From the NCBI GenBank assembly GCA_965203555.1, contig CBDBCY010000004.1, forward strand, positions 1,600,001-1,664,000: a stretch of 64,000 nucleotides of DNA. The letters run 5' to 3'. The first letter of the stretch is position 1; each line of letters opens with the position of its first letter. Under the pieces are notes generated by a model. That model was not told the DNA's origin and ran no database searches. It saw nothing but the letters and a program-made list of their open reading frames with translations. Of the stretch, positions 9,913 through 19,809 are shown in pieces. Both the position numbers and the translations under genes were made by a program. Origin of the DNA: Acidimicrobiia bacterium (lineage in GTDB: Bacteria; Actinomycetota; Acidimicrobiia; Spongiisociales; ZC4RG35).

Positions 9913-10610
9913 AGGGTTATGTCAGCAACAACTGCGGTGACGTTGTCCGAGGCGCCTCTACCCAACGCCGACTCCACCAGACTCCACACACACTCCTCGG
10001 TATCGCCGGTGGCGAGGATTCTCTTCAGTCGGCGATCAGAGAGCATCCGGTAGAGCCCGTCGGAACAGACCAGCCACCGGTCGCCATCCAGCACACCGGT
10101 CTCCGTCTCCTCCACCTCGAGCCACTGATCGAATCCCAGGACCCTGACCAGGCTCCCCGCCTTGGGCATGTTGTGGGCCACCCTCGGGTCAACCCCTTGC
10201 TTGATTCGCTGCCATGCCGCGGTGTGATCGTTGGTCAGCACCGTGATACGGTTGTTCCGAAGTAGATACGCTCGGGTATCACCGACATGGGCAATACGGG
10301 CCATCCCTTCGCCAAACTCCATCAAAGTCAGGGTGGTGTAGGTCCCGGTCCAGCGGGGCTCCTTCTCAACCAGGTCCAGGATGGCCTGGTTGGCCGCTCT
10401 TGCCCGATCAGAGGGAGATCCGTCGGCGCCCTGGGCAGTGTTGACCGCCAGATCTGCAGCCACATGTCCGAACTTCTCCCCTCCCAAGCCGTCGGCCACC
10501 ATGACGACCACCGGCGCCTCGGAACTTCCCGAGCCAAGCGGGAACATCCGATCCTGGTTGATTTCAGGACCGAATCCGATGTGGGTAGCCGAAGCCCACG
10601 TGCAGTTCAT
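9909..10610 (-). CDS. PP2C-family Ser/Thr phosphatase (PstP-like, catalytic domain only)
   Basis: NQD, VADGLGG, AHVGDTRAY, TNDHT, LVCSDGL, GASDNVT motifs. Confidence 0.92.
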   Translation of the reverse strand: MNCTWASATHIGFGPEINQDRMFPLGSGSSEAPVVVMVADGLGGEKFGHVAADLAVNTAQGADGSPSDRARAANQAILDLVEKEPRWTGTYTTLTLMEFGEGMARIAHVGDTRAYLLRNNRITVLTNDHTAAWQRIKQGVDPRVAHNMPKAGSLVRVLGFDQWLEVEETETGVLDGDRWLVCSDGLYRMLSDRRLKRILATGDTEECVWSLVESALGRGASDNVTAVVADITL

Positions 10611-11020
10611 CTGACCTCCAGCACCGTTCTCCCCACTTGCAGGGCGTCTCCCCGCACCAAGTCAACCGGGTTTCGCAGTTTGCGTCCGTTGAGATAGGTA
10701 CCGCTGGCGCTACCCAGGTCGCTGGCCGACAGCTTTCCCCGACGACGGCTGATCCGAAGGTGGAACTCCGACGCGTAGGGGTCATCAATGGGAATGTCGG
10801 CGTCAGGGCTTTTGCCCAACACCACTGAGTCCGCCACCGCAAAATGCATACCCGCCTGGGATTCGGAGCGAACAAACACCAGCCTGGATCCACGCCGGGA
10901 AACGCGGGTGGGGATGCGCAGTCCCATGTATTCGACAAGGGCCCGAGCCACGTACCAGACGAAAAGGTAAATCAACGCCAAGAAGATGAAGCGAAGTGCG
11001 GTAAGCAAGAAATCCGTCAC
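10607..11020 (-). CDS. FHA-domain protein with N-terminal TM (FhaB/FipA-like)
   Basis: TM LRFIFLALIYLFVWYV, then LGKSPDADI..DDPYASEFH...DLGSASGTYLNG; GTG 11020 follows AGGGAG. Confidence 0.88.
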   Translation of the reverse strand: MTDFLLTALRFIFLALIYLFVWYVARALVEYMGLRIPTRVSRRGSRLVFVRSESQAGMHFAVADSVVLGKSPDADIPIDDPYASEFHLRISRRRGKLSASDLGSASGTYLNGRKLRNPVDLVRGDALQVGRTVLEVR

Positions 11021-11155
11021 CGATGGCTTCTCCCTGACCAGTCCGCACGGCACATAATCCCCAATTGTATGTCTTCGGGAAAGTCAGACACCCTCCCTTT
11101 GATCGATATCTTTCTTCACACCCGGTCAGGGCAGGTTACAATCAGAAATCCGTAG

Positions 11156-11244
11156 GGGCGAGTGGCGAAATTGGCAGACGCGCAGGATTCAGGATCCTGT
11201 GGGCTTTAAAACCCGTGGGGGTTCAAGTCCCCCCTCGCCCACCA
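11156..11244 (+). tRNA. tRNA-Leu(CAG)
   Basis: Acceptor GGGCGAG/CTCGCCC, anticodon arm CAGGA-TTCAGGA-TCCTG, long variable arm, T loop TTCAAGT, encoded CCA. Confidence 0.97.
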
Positions 11245-11562
11245 CGGGGTCTTAGCGATTCAGCGGGGACGCGCCGGTGTTTGCCTGGGTTTGGGGACTG
11301 TGACCGTTTCGGGCGTGTTTGAAGCTGGTCGGCAGCGGTGTGGTGGTTGCCCGTTGAGTGAGGTTTGTGTTTCCGGGGGCGTGAGGTTGCGCCTTGAACC
11401 CGTGGAGGATCGCGCCCTGGGCGCATAACTGTCCGGCACCGGATCTCCCAGCAGGGATCGGCGTCGACGAAAGCACTGCCCTTGGCAATGCAGGACAGAA
11501 GATTAGTCTCCAAGCTTTACCGGTACCGTAGCAGTCATCCCAAACGGAGACGGAGGAGCAAC

Positions 11563-12234
11563 ATGTTGAAGGTTTCGCTGGACAGGCTTGGCGGATGGTC
11601 TCTGATCTGCGGCCCCTTGCTGGCCATAGTCTTCTTCCTGGTCGAACCCGGGGGCCTGCTGATCGACACAGCCGATCCGTTGGACCCGGTGGAGGCTGCC
11701 ACGGCCCTGGCGTCCAACTCCGTACTGACGGACATTACGGCGCTGGGGGCTGCGCTCGGGACGGTCTTGGGGTTGTTCGGGCTGTTCGTTGTCCAACGTC
11801 AAGGGAGGTCCACTGACGAGGGATACGCCCTGTCGCTCCTGGGCTTCTTCTTCGTGGCCATCGGCATAACGGGGTCGGTCATCATCCAGGGGCTGAACCA
11901 CGTAGTCGCGCACGCGAAGAGCGTGGAAGCGGCTTTGCCCGTATACCAGGTGAGTTGGGGCATGGGACTGACAACGGGGATCTTCCTCGCGGTGGGGTTA
12001 CTGGGATTCAGTCTTGGCCTGGCCTGCCGGGACGACATCAACAGGACAATGGCCCTGCTGGTGGCCCTGGCTTCAGCGTTGTCCCTGGTCTGCCTGGTCA
12101 TCGGAGTGGTTGCTCCGGCAGACTCGCAGTTGAGCAACCTGATACTGATTGCGGGCGTGGCGTATGTCGTATGGATTCCCTGGACGGTGGTGCTGGGAGT
12201 CGGACTGATCAGGAGCGAAGCGAATACTCCATAG
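11563..12234 (+). CDS. Hypothetical integral membrane protein (5-6 TM)
   Basis: ATG 11563 after GGAGGAG; alternating hydrophobic helices. Confidence 0.7.
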   Translation: MLKVSLDRLGGWSLICGPLLAIVFFLVEPGGLLIDTADPLDPVEAATALASNSVLTDITALGAALGTVLGLFGLFVVQRQGRSTDEGYALSLLGFFFVAIGITGSVIIQGLNHVVAHAKSVEAALPVYQVSWGMGLTTGIFLAVGLLGFSLGLACRDDINRTMALLVALASALSLVCLVIGVVAPADSQLSNLILIAGVAYVVWIPWTVVLGVGLIRSEANTP

Positions 12235-12280
12235 CCGGAAGAACGGTGGTTTGTGGGGTGGGCGAGGGTGAAATGCTGTG

Positions 12281-12616
12281 AAGTGCCTCTCTGACCTGGG
12301 AAAGTAGCCGTAAGCAAAACAGAGCTGTGCCCTGGGCAGAGGAGGCACTTCTCATGGGAATGACAGCCAATTCTTTGACCGGTTGGAGGTGAGGTTCGAC
12401 GAGGGGTCCTTGGTGGCGGGAAGTCTTCTGTCCCGGTTGGGTGTGGAACGGTTGGTGGACGACACGGTGAGCATGGACGGTCGCCCGGGCGGCGCCCGTC
12501 GGGTCGCAAGATACTGTCGTTGGTGGCGTCGATGCTGTTGGGCGGCACCCATATCGATCATGCCGATCGGCTGGGGTCCGCAGCCACCCCGTAGGGTGCT
12601 GCCGTTTCGGGTGATG
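12281..12616 (+). mobile_element. Degenerate IS1380-family transposase 5' remnant with upstream hairpin
   Basis: Frameshifted peptide DRLEVRFDEGSLVA..LSRLGVERLVDDTV..GRKILSLVASMLLGGTHIDHADRL..RVLPFRVM resembles actinobacterial IS1380 N-termini; imperfect inverted repeat AAGTGCCTC..GAGGCACTT at 12281-12350. Confidence 0.7.
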
Positions 12617-12946
12617 GATTCCCGCCGCGGGATGACGAAAACAACCTGTCGCGATTGGCCGACGAGCCCATCTGCACACCTCGGACCGATGCCGGAGGCA
12701 AATGCGCGGCGTCCCATCAGCACCGTGGTCTAACCGGAACCTGTTCTCAGGTCCGAGATACGCCGACCGCCCGCAGGCAGGCGGTCGCCCGGTCCCCCAG
12801 GAAGATGAAATCTCATCGTCATCTAAACTGACACACCTGGTCGCGCTATTGTGGTTGGCGGCCCCCAACCTTGTGGTAGCCGGAGGAAACCCGAACCGGC
12901 CCGAGACGCAAAGCCCCGATTACAGCCCTGCTAAAATTGCCGCTAA

Positions 12947-12965
12947 AGTGATAATGATTATCACT
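12947..12965. promoter_or_regulatory. Fur-family (probably Zur) operator
   Basis: Perfect 9-1-9 palindrome AGTGATAAT-G-ATTATCACT about 60 bp upstream of the Zn ABC operon. Confidence 0.8.
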
Positions 12966-13025
12966 ATCGGCGATTCGCCCGCGAATACGCCGATGAGCGA
13001 AATGGAGTAAAAGGAGAAACCTGAA

Positions 13026-14414
13026 GTGTTGAAAATGCTAGATCGCTATATAGGCCCCGGACGTCTGGTTCGGGCGTTGACTGTGGGCCTTGTCATACTG
13101 GGTGCGGTTTTCCTGGCTGCCTGCGGGGATGACCAGGACACGCAGACAACGGAAGAACCGCAGCAAACTACCACCACGGAAAGTGCCCCACCCTCCGAGC
13201 CCCCCATCCAGGTGGTGACGACCACCAACTTTGTGGCTGACTGGGCTCGGATAGTAGGTGGAGAAAGGGTGGAGGTCTTCGGCCTGCTGCCACCGGGTGG
13301 CGACCCGCACTCATTCCAGCCGGGAGCGCGCGACGTTGCCAGGGTGGCGGATGCGGATGTCGTGTTCACCGTCGGTCTCGGCTTGGAGGCCGTCTGGCTG
13401 GAAGAACTGGTACACAGCGCCAGCGCCGATGAGTCCAAGATTGTGGCGCTTGGTGAGGTGGTCGATCCCATGGAGTTCGCCACGGCCGATATGCATGACG
13501 ACCACGCCGACCACGACGATGAGGCCGATATGCATGACCACGAAGACGAGGCCGACCATGACGACCACGCCGACCACGACGACGAGGCCGATATGCATGA
13601 CCACGACGACGAGGCCGACCATGACGACCACGCCGACCACGACGACGAGGCCGATATGCATGACCACGAAGACGAGGCCGACCATGACGACCACGCCGAC
13701 CACGACGACGAGGCCGATATGCATGACCACGACGACGAGGCCGACCATGACGACCACGCCGACCACGACGACGAGGCCGATATGCATGACCACGACGACG
13801 AGGCCGATCACGACGACCACGCCGACCACGACGACGAGGCCGATATGCATGACGACGGGCATGACGATCACGGACACGCGCACGGTCCTTTGGATCCCCA
13901 CTTCTGGTTCGATCCGATCCGGGTGAAGGCCGCGGTCAATGAAATAGCCAACCGGCTTTCGGCCATAGATGCCGAGAACGCGGATGTCTATCGTCAGAAC
14001 GCCTCGGATTATGGGAAGCAGCTCGACGAGCTTCACGCCTGGATCCAGGAGCAGGTCGGTATGTTGGCGCCGGAGCGCAGACTGCTGGTCACGTCGCATG
14101 ACAGCCTCTCGTACTTCGCAGAGGTCTATGGATTCGAGGTGGTCGGACTGGTGATACCGTCCTTGGCGACTCATGTCGAGCCCTCTGCGGAGCACATTGC
14201 GGGGCTGGTCGACGTGGTACGGGAACACAACGTTCCGGCCCTGTTCGGCGAGACAACGGTCAGCGACAAGTTGGCGCAAGCCGTGGCGAATGAAACCGGC
14301 GCCAGCCTTGTCCAGCTCTACTCGGGCTCCCTCGGGGCGGAGGGCAGCGGCGCTGACACTTACCTAACCATGGTGCGAACCAACGTGGAACGCATTGTCG
14401 GGGCATTGAAGTAA
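13026..14414 (+). CDS. znuA: Zn/Mn ABC transporter substrate-binding lipoprotein (ZnuA/AdcA cluster A-I) with expanded His/Asp loop
   Basis: Lipobox LAAC, DPHSFQP, DPHFWFDP, HDSLSYF; ~134-aa His/Asp-rich insert. Confidence 0.92.
   Translation: MLKMLDRYIGPGRLVRALTVGLVILGAVFLAACGDDQDTQTTEEPQQTTTTESAPPSEPPIQVVTTTNFVADWARIVGGERVEVFGLLPPGGDPHSFQPGARDVARVADADVVFTVGLGLEAVWLEELVHSASADESKIVALGEVVDPMEFATADMHDDHADHDDEADMHDHEDEADHDDHADHDDEADMHDHDDEADHDDHADHDDEADMHDHEDEADHDDHADHDDEADMHDHDDEADHDDHADHDDEADMHDHDDEADHDDHADHDDEADMHDDGHDDHGHAHGPLDPHFWFDPIRVKAAVNEIANRLSAIDAENADVYRQNASDYGKQLDELHAWIQEQVGMLAPERRLLVTSHDSLSYFAEVYGFEVVGLVIPSLATHVEPSAEHIAGLVDVVREHNVPALFGETTVSDKLAQAVANETGASLVQLYSGSLGAEGSGADTYLTMVRTNVERIVGALK
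13524..13838 (+). repeat. 63-bp tandem repeat, 5 full copies (ADMHDH[D/E]DEADHDDHADHDDE) with partial flanking units
   Basis: Units begin GCCGATATGCATGAC at 13524, 13587, 13650, 13713 and 13776; partial units at 13485 and 13839. Confidence 0.97.
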
Positions 14415-14424
14415 TAGGGGCATA

Positions 14425-15192
14425 TTGATCACCGATCCGACCTCGCACCGGGCGACCATGTCGCTTCAGGGCGTGACCGTCGAGTTCGACGGGTACCAGG
14501 CCCTGAGCGATGTCACCTTCGAGGTTGATGCGGGCACCCTGATGGGTGTCGTGGGACCGAATGGCGCCGGCAAGAGCACTCTTTTCAATGCGATTGCCGG
14601 CGTCCTTCCGGTCCGCCGGGGCAAAGTAACCCTCCACCATGCGGGAGAAGAAGGCGGAGAGTTGGCGTACGTGCCTCAACGGGAAAGCGTCAACTGGCGG
14701 CTGCCGGTGACCGCGGAGGAGGTCGTGATGATGGGCCGCTGCTGCAAACTGGGATGGTTCCGGCGGCCCGGGAAGAGAGATCGAGAGATCGTCCATGCCT
14801 GCCTGGGTCGAGTGGGCCTGTGGGATGAACGCTCCACTCTGATGACGGAGCTGTCGGGAGGGCAGCGCCAGAGGGTGTTCATCGGCAGGGCGCTGGCCCA
14901 GGAGGCAAGCGTGCTCCTGTTGGATGAGGCCTTCAGCGGGGTTGACGCCGGCGCCCAGGAAGACCTGATCGAGGTCCTCCAGACCCTCCGAGACGAAGGG
15001 CGAATCATCCTTGTGGCGACCCACGACCTGACCAACCTGGCCGGTCGCTTCGACCAGGTCCTGTGTCTGAATCGCCACGTGTGCGCCTGCGGTCCTCCCA
15101 ACCAGGTGTTCACGTCCGAGGTCATGGAGGAGATGTACGGCGCCCACGGTGTGCACCTCACCACGGACGAGGAGCGCCAACCCTCGACGTGA
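14425..15192 (+). CDS. znuC: Metal ABC transporter ATP-binding protein
   Basis: GPNGAGKST, AYVPQR, LSGGQRQR, LLLDEAF. Confidence 0.9.
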   Translation: MITDPTSHRATMSLQGVTVEFDGYQALSDVTFEVDAGTLMGVVGPNGAGKSTLFNAIAGVLPVRRGKVTLHHAGEEGGELAYVPQRESVNWRLPVTAEEVVMMGRCCKLGWFRRPGKRDREIVHACLGRVGLWDERSTLMTELSGGQRQRVFIGRALAQEASVLLLDEAFSGVDAGAQEDLIEVLQTLRDEGRIILVATHDLTNLAGRFDQVLCLNRHVCACGPPNQVFTSEVMEEMYGAHGVHLTTDEERQPST

Positions 15193-16007
15193 TGGATTTC
15201 CTCGTCGTACCACTGGAGCACAGCTTCATGGTGAGAGCCCTGATCGGCTCGATTCTGGTGGGCGTGATGTGTCCCCTGGTCGGAGCGTACGCCGTCACCA
15301 GGAACCTCGCCTTCATCGGGGACGCTCTCGCCCACGCCGTGCTTCCGGGAATTGTGCTCGGGTTCATAGTCGGCATCAACCCGGCGATAGCCGCAGTCCC
15401 GACCGGGGTCGCCGTCGCCATGCTGGTCAGGACATTGAGCCAGCGGGCGGGTCTCAGCTCGGATACTTCCATAGGCATTCTGTTTGCGACCATGTTTGCC
15501 CTGGGACTGGTGATGCTGGCGACGTCAAGGACGATCACGGTCGATATTGAAGACCTGCTTCTCGGGCAGATCCTGGCAATAACCCCCTCCGACATCTACG
15601 TGTCGCTGGTGATAACCGTGATGGTCATCCTGGGGCTGTTCGCCTTCCACCATTGGCTGCTCTTTACCAGCTTTGACCCCCTGGGGGCGCAGGTCGTCGG
15701 CGTACGCGCCAACATCGTGGAGTACGCATTTTTGGTCCTGCTCGCCCTCGTCATAGTGATAGGGATTCAGGCGGCGGGCATCGTCTTGGTCATGGCAATG
15801 CTGGTAACACCCGCCGCCACCGCCTACCTGTTGGTGAAGCGTTTTGTAACGGTCATAATGACGGCCGCGGCGTTGGGGACCGCGGCCGCCGTCACCGGCC
15901 TCTACGCCTCCTACTATTTCAATCTGCCGACCGGTCCGGCCATGACCCTGGCGGCAAGCGGGTTCTTCGTACTGGTCGTCTCATTCAGACGAAGAGCCCC
16001 GGTGTGA
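15192..16007 (+). CDS. znuB: Metal ABC transporter permease
   Basis: ATG overlaps the znuC stop; FIGDALAHAVLPG, LLLGQILAI, GIVLVMAMLVTPAATA (ABC-3 family). Confidence 0.92.
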   Translation: MDFLVVPLEHSFMVRALIGSILVGVMCPLVGAYAVTRNLAFIGDALAHAVLPGIVLGFIVGINPAIAAVPTGVAVAMLVRTLSQRAGLSSDTSIGILFATMFALGLVMLATSRTITVDIEDLLLGQILAITPSDIYVSLVITVMVILGLFAFHHWLLFTSFDPLGAQVVGVRANIVEYAFLVLLALVIVIGIQAAGIVLVMAMLVTPAATAYLLVKRFVTVIMTAAALGTAAAVTGLYASYYFNLPTGPAMTLAASGFFVLVVSFRRRAPV

Positions 16008-16122
16008 GAGCCCTCTGATTCGAGAGCAGTTCATGGTCGGGGTCCCGCATTCGGGCCGATCGAGTCCCCCGCCCATGGCGGCTGCAATGCCCTTGACGCA
16101 GGTCGCGTAGGGCTTGAACCGT

Positions 16123-17934
16123 CTATTCGGTGGAAACACGCCGGGCAGCCTCGGTCTGTGCCGCGATCAGCGAAGGGTAGGCAAAGCCGTGAGCAAGAAG
16201 GTGGTCGTGGGTGCCCTGTTCCACGACTCGCCCTTCCTCGAGGACGACAATACGGTCGGCGCTGCGAATCGTCGACAGCCGGTGAGCGATGACCAGTGTC
16301 GCCCGCCCCTCACGCACGGCTTGGAGCGCCAGGTTGAGTTCCTGCTCGTTGCGAGTGTCCAGACTCGAGACGGCTTCGTCGAGGACCAGCACCGGTGAGT
16401 CCTTCAGCAGGGCGCGGGCGATCGCGATACGCTGGCGCTGGCCGCCGGACATCTGGACGCCGCGCTCGCCTGCGACAGTGTCGTAGCCCCGGGGCATTTC
16501 GGTGATGAACTCATGCGCCTGGGCCGCCCGGGCTGCGTTCTCCACCTCGGCGTCGGTGGCGCCGGGGAGCGCCATGCGAATGTTCTCCCGTAGGCTCGTA
16601 TTAAAGAGGTAAATGTCCTGGGGCACCCAGGCGATGGTCTCTCGAAGGAAATGCTGGGGCAGGTGGCGCACGTCGTGTCCCCCGACGGCAATGGTCCCGG
16701 CGTCAGCGTCCCAGAATCGCATCAGCAGACTGGCGCAGGTGGTCTTCCCGGCCCCGGAATGGCCCACCAGCGCCACGGTTTCCCCGGGTGTAATCTCGAA
16801 TGAGACGTCCTGGAGCGCGGGATCCCCGCCGCCGGGGTAGCCAAATGTCACCCCTGCGAAAGTGACACGGGGCTCCACGTCGAAATCTGGAGGTGTGGCC
16901 CCCGGCGCGTCCGTTACCGGCGCCGGTTCGCGCAACAGGTGGAAGGCGCGATCGGCTGAGGCGAAGACGATCCCCAGGTTCTGGGCCACCGAGGCGATGG
17001 CGTGAATCGGGCCGAAGACGAAGATCGCCAGCGTAACGGCCACCGGATAGTAGGCAGGATCGAGCTCACCTTGGTTGACCTGGACTGCGGCAACCGCCAC
17101 GACGCCCAGCATGCCGCCGCTCACGAACGCCGCCACGGCAGCCTGCTCGACCCCGGCCCGCATCCCATGGGCCAGCTGGGAGCGGACCAACCGGTTGCTG
17201 TGGGACTCGAGGTTGGCGAGAAACCTCCGCTGGTACCCGAAGGACACCAACTCCCGCAGACCCTGAACGCCGTCCACAACCTCGGCGTTCAGATTGCCCA
17301 GGTCGGCCCTCAGCGCTCCTCCCTGCCTGGCGGCGCGGCGGCGCAGCACGAATGGCACGGTCGCCACCAGCAGGGCGAACGGGAGAAGCGTGAGCGGCAG
17401 GGTCCAGTGCATCAATCCCAGCGTCACGAATGCCATGAGCGGCACAAGGACAGCCACGAAGAACGTTCCGACAGTATGGGCATAGAACCACTCGACGGTT
17501 TCGATGTCGGCCATGGCGGCAGACGCCACGTCGCCGGACCGCCGCTGCATCAGGTACCCGGGGGCGAGCCTTTCAATTGCGTCATAGAGGTGACCGCGCA
17601 GGTCGGCAAGTATCCGGTAGGCCAAATCGTGCGACAGCCACATCTCCGCCCAGGCCATCACGGCCCGAAGGATGACGGCAGCCGCCAGGGCCGCCGCAGG
17701 CCCACGAAGGTCGGCGGCCGTGGCGCCGCCGGCGACCTGGCCGACCATATAGGCGCCGAGCGCGGCAGAGGCAATCGTGGCGCCGTGGTTCAACACGCCT
17801 GTCACCATCGAGAGGGTCATCAGGCCGAAGTAGCCTCGGATCATCCACAGGAGCTGCCAGAACCCCGAGGAGAACCGTGTCTTTTTCTCTGCGTTCTCCG
17901 TCCGCTCGGTCATCCGGTTGGTCATGGTGCTCAC
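16123..17934 (-). CDS. Fused TMD-NBD ABC half-transporter (IrtB/YbtQ/CydC-like)
   Basis: 6-TM domain plus GHSGAGKT, MSGGQRQRIAIARA, LDEAVSSLD. Confidence 0.88.
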   Translation of the reverse strand: MSTMTNRMTERTENAEKKTRFSSGFWQLLWMIRGYFGLMTLSMVTGVLNHGATIASAALGAYMVGQVAGGATAADLRGPAAALAAAVILRAVMAWAEMWLSHDLAYRILADLRGHLYDAIERLAPGYLMQRRSGDVASAAMADIETVEWFYAHTVGTFFVAVLVPLMAFVTLGLMHWTLPLTLLPFALLVATVPFVLRRRAARQGGALRADLGNLNAEVVDGVQGLRELVSFGYQRRFLANLESHSNRLVRSQLAHGMRAGVEQAAVAAFVSGGMLGVVAVAAVQVNQGELDPAYYPVAVTLAIFVFGPIHAIASVAQNLGIVFASADRAFHLLREPAPVTDAPGATPPDFDVEPRVTFAGVTFGYPGGGDPALQDVSFEITPGETVALVGHSGAGKTTCASLLMRFWDADAGTIAVGGHDVRHLPQHFLRETIAWVPQDIYLFNTSLRENIRMALPGATDAEVENAARAAQAHEFITEMPRGYDTVAGERGVQMSGGQRQRIAIARALLKDSPVLVLDEAVSSLDTRNEQELNLALQAVREGRATLVIAHRLSTIRSADRIVVLEEGRVVEQGTHDHLLAHGFAYPSLIAAQTEAARRVSTE

Positions 17935-19667
17935 GCGACGCCCTCCCGCTGGGCGCGGACCAACTGCGCGTAGTGGCCGTCGCGCGACACCAGATCGCCA
18001 TGCAGTCCCGACTCGGCGACCCGTCCGTTGTCCAAGACCACGATGCGGTCGGCGTGGACGACCGACGAGAGGCGATGGGCGATGACGATGGTGGTCCGAC
18101 CTCGAGTGAGGAGGCCGAGCTCCTGCCGGATGGCGGCCTCGTTGGCGCTATCGAGGTTCGAGGTAGCCTCATCAAGAATGAGCACCGGCGCATCCTTCAA
18201 CAGAGCCCGGGCGATGGCGATGCGCTGGCGTTCGCCGCCCGAGAGCTTGGCGCCCCGCTCCCCGACGATGGTTTCGTAGCCATTCGGAAGCGACAGGATG
18301 AAGGCGTGGATGTTCGCCTTCTCGGCGGCGTCCCTGATCTCGTCCGGGCTGGCGTCGGGCCGACCGATCCGCAGGTTGTCCTCGATCGTCCCGTAGAAAA
18401 GGTACGTGTCCTGGGATACGTAGCCGATCTGGTACCGCAGGTCCTGCAGGGGAACGTCGCGGAAGTCGGTTCCGCCGAATGTCAGCGTGCCCTCCTGCGG
18501 ATCAAAGAATCGAAGGAGGAGCGATGCGACCGTGGTCTTGCCGGCGCCGGAGCGGCCGACGATCGCTACCGTCTCGCCCTCGCCGATCTCCAGGGACACA
18601 TCGGAGAGAGCCGGGCGGGCGTCATCTGAGTAACTAAAAGTGACATCGTGGAGGGCGATCGCTCCTTCCGGCGATGCGGCGGCGCCGGTCCTCCCGGCGG
18701 GGGCGGCAGGGACCCCCGGTTCGGCGTCGAGCAACTCGAAGATGCCCGTAGAAGCCGAAATCCCCATGTAGCCGGCGTGCCAGTAGACGTCCAATTCGAC
18801 GAGAGGGCGGAAGCACTCGGCCGAAAGGAAGAGAATGATGAGCAGCGCGGCGATACCCAACTCCCCGCCGGCCACTTTGAAGCTTCCTATCCCGACCGCG
18901 AGGGCCACTCCGGCGCTCATCGCGAACCCGACCAGTCCGTTGCGGATCATCGAGATCGAAAGCTGTGCCATGGTGGCTCGGTAGAGCGCCTGGCTGGCGC
19001 CGCGGAGTTCTTCCCCTCGCCGTTCGCTGGCATTGAGCGCTTTCAGCGTGACCATGCCCTGCATGGAGTCGACGAACCGGGAATCCAGCGACGAATAGGC
19101 GGCCCAGTGCCGCTGGCCGTACTCCCCCAGGAGGCCGTCCCAGATTCGGGGGATTAGCGGCACGGCCAGCGCGCAGGCCAGGACGACCACGCCGATGAGG
19201 GGATCGAGAAACACGACGACGCCGACAATGCAGATGGGAACGACGACCGACACCACGGCCTGGGGCAGGTAGTAGCCAACATACGACTCGAGCGCCTCGA
19301 CCCCATCCACCAGGGCCGATTGCACCTTGCCCGTTTCGGTGTGCTCCAGGTAACCGGGTCCAAGCAGGAGCAGCTGAGCGAACAGCCGGCCGCGCAGTTT
19401 GGTCTTGACAACCGCCGCGACCTTCTTCGCCATGACCTCGCGGGCAAAGAGCAGCCCCGCGCGGAGCAAAGTCAGGCCGGCCACCACGGCGACGAAACCC
19501 GCGATCGCAGTCCAGCCGCCGCCTTCGAGGATTCGCCGCACGATGATGGCGATGAACACCCCTTGGGCGACCCAAGTGGCGGAGATCGAAAGGCCAAGCG
19601 CAACCGAGAGGGCCAGGAGCGGACGCACGCCGGCAGTCAGCCCCACAATGCGCCGGTGGATCATCAT
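17931..19667 (-). CDS. Fused TMD-NBD ABC half-transporter (IrtA/YbtP/CydD-like), partner of the downstream gene
   Basis: GRSGAGKT, LSGGERQRIAIARA, LDEATSNLD; 4-nt overlap with the partner gene. Confidence 0.88.
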   Translation of the reverse strand: MMIHRRIVGLTAGVRPLLALSVALGLSISATWVAQGVFIAIIVRRILEGGGWTAIAGFVAVVAGLTLLRAGLLFAREVMAKKVAAVVKTKLRGRLFAQLLLLGPGYLEHTETGKVQSALVDGVEALESYVGYYLPQAVVSVVVPICIVGVVVFLDPLIGVVVLACALAVPLIPRIWDGLLGEYGQRHWAAYSSLDSRFVDSMQGMVTLKALNASERRGEELRGASQALYRATMAQLSISMIRNGLVGFAMSAGVALAVGIGSFKVAGGELGIAALLIILFLSAECFRPLVELDVYWHAGYMGISASTGIFELLDAEPGVPAAPAGRTGAAASPEGAIALHDVTFSYSDDARPALSDVSLEIGEGETVAIVGRSGAGKTTVASLLLRFFDPQEGTLTFGGTDFRDVPLQDLRYQIGYVSQDTYLFYGTIEDNLRIGRPDASPDEIRDAAEKANIHAFILSLPNGYETIVGERGAKLSGGERQRIAIARALLKDAPVLILDEATSNLDSANEAAIRQELGLLTRGRTTIVIAHRLSSVVHADRIVVLDNGRVAESGLHGDLVSRDGHYAQLVRAQREGVA

Positions 19668-19742
19668 ATGAGTTCCCTGTGCTTTCCGCGCCTGTGTGCC
19701 GGAAGGTCGGCGCGAACCGTGTGATTATGATACCGAATGACT

Positions 19743-19763
19743 GAGAATGATAATCATTATCAT
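19743..19763. promoter_or_regulatory. Fur box in the divergent promoter
   Basis: GAGAATGATAATCATTATC matches 18/19 of the classical Fur consensus GATAATGATAATCATTATC and overlaps the perfect palindrome ATGATAAT-C-ATTATCAT. Confidence 0.85.
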
Positions 19764-19809
19764 CACCCGGGACTGACAATTCACTATCCATCGAATGGAG
19801 GACCAGAAG

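Noticed and set aside
11250-11480. G/T-rich stretch after tRNA-Leu as an IS end remnant
   Set aside because: Composition is suggestive, but no clear terminal repeat or transposase peptide could be read.
13485-13890. Regular repeats as a possible CRISPR array
   Set aside because: Units are contiguous, in frame and lack unique spacers; this is a coding VNTR and there are no cas genes in the window.
16058-16076. CGAGTCCCCCGCCCA resembling the tRNA-Leu 3' end (possible attR)
   Set aside because: Short, gapped match in GC-rich DNA with no integrase; cannot be distinguished from chance.
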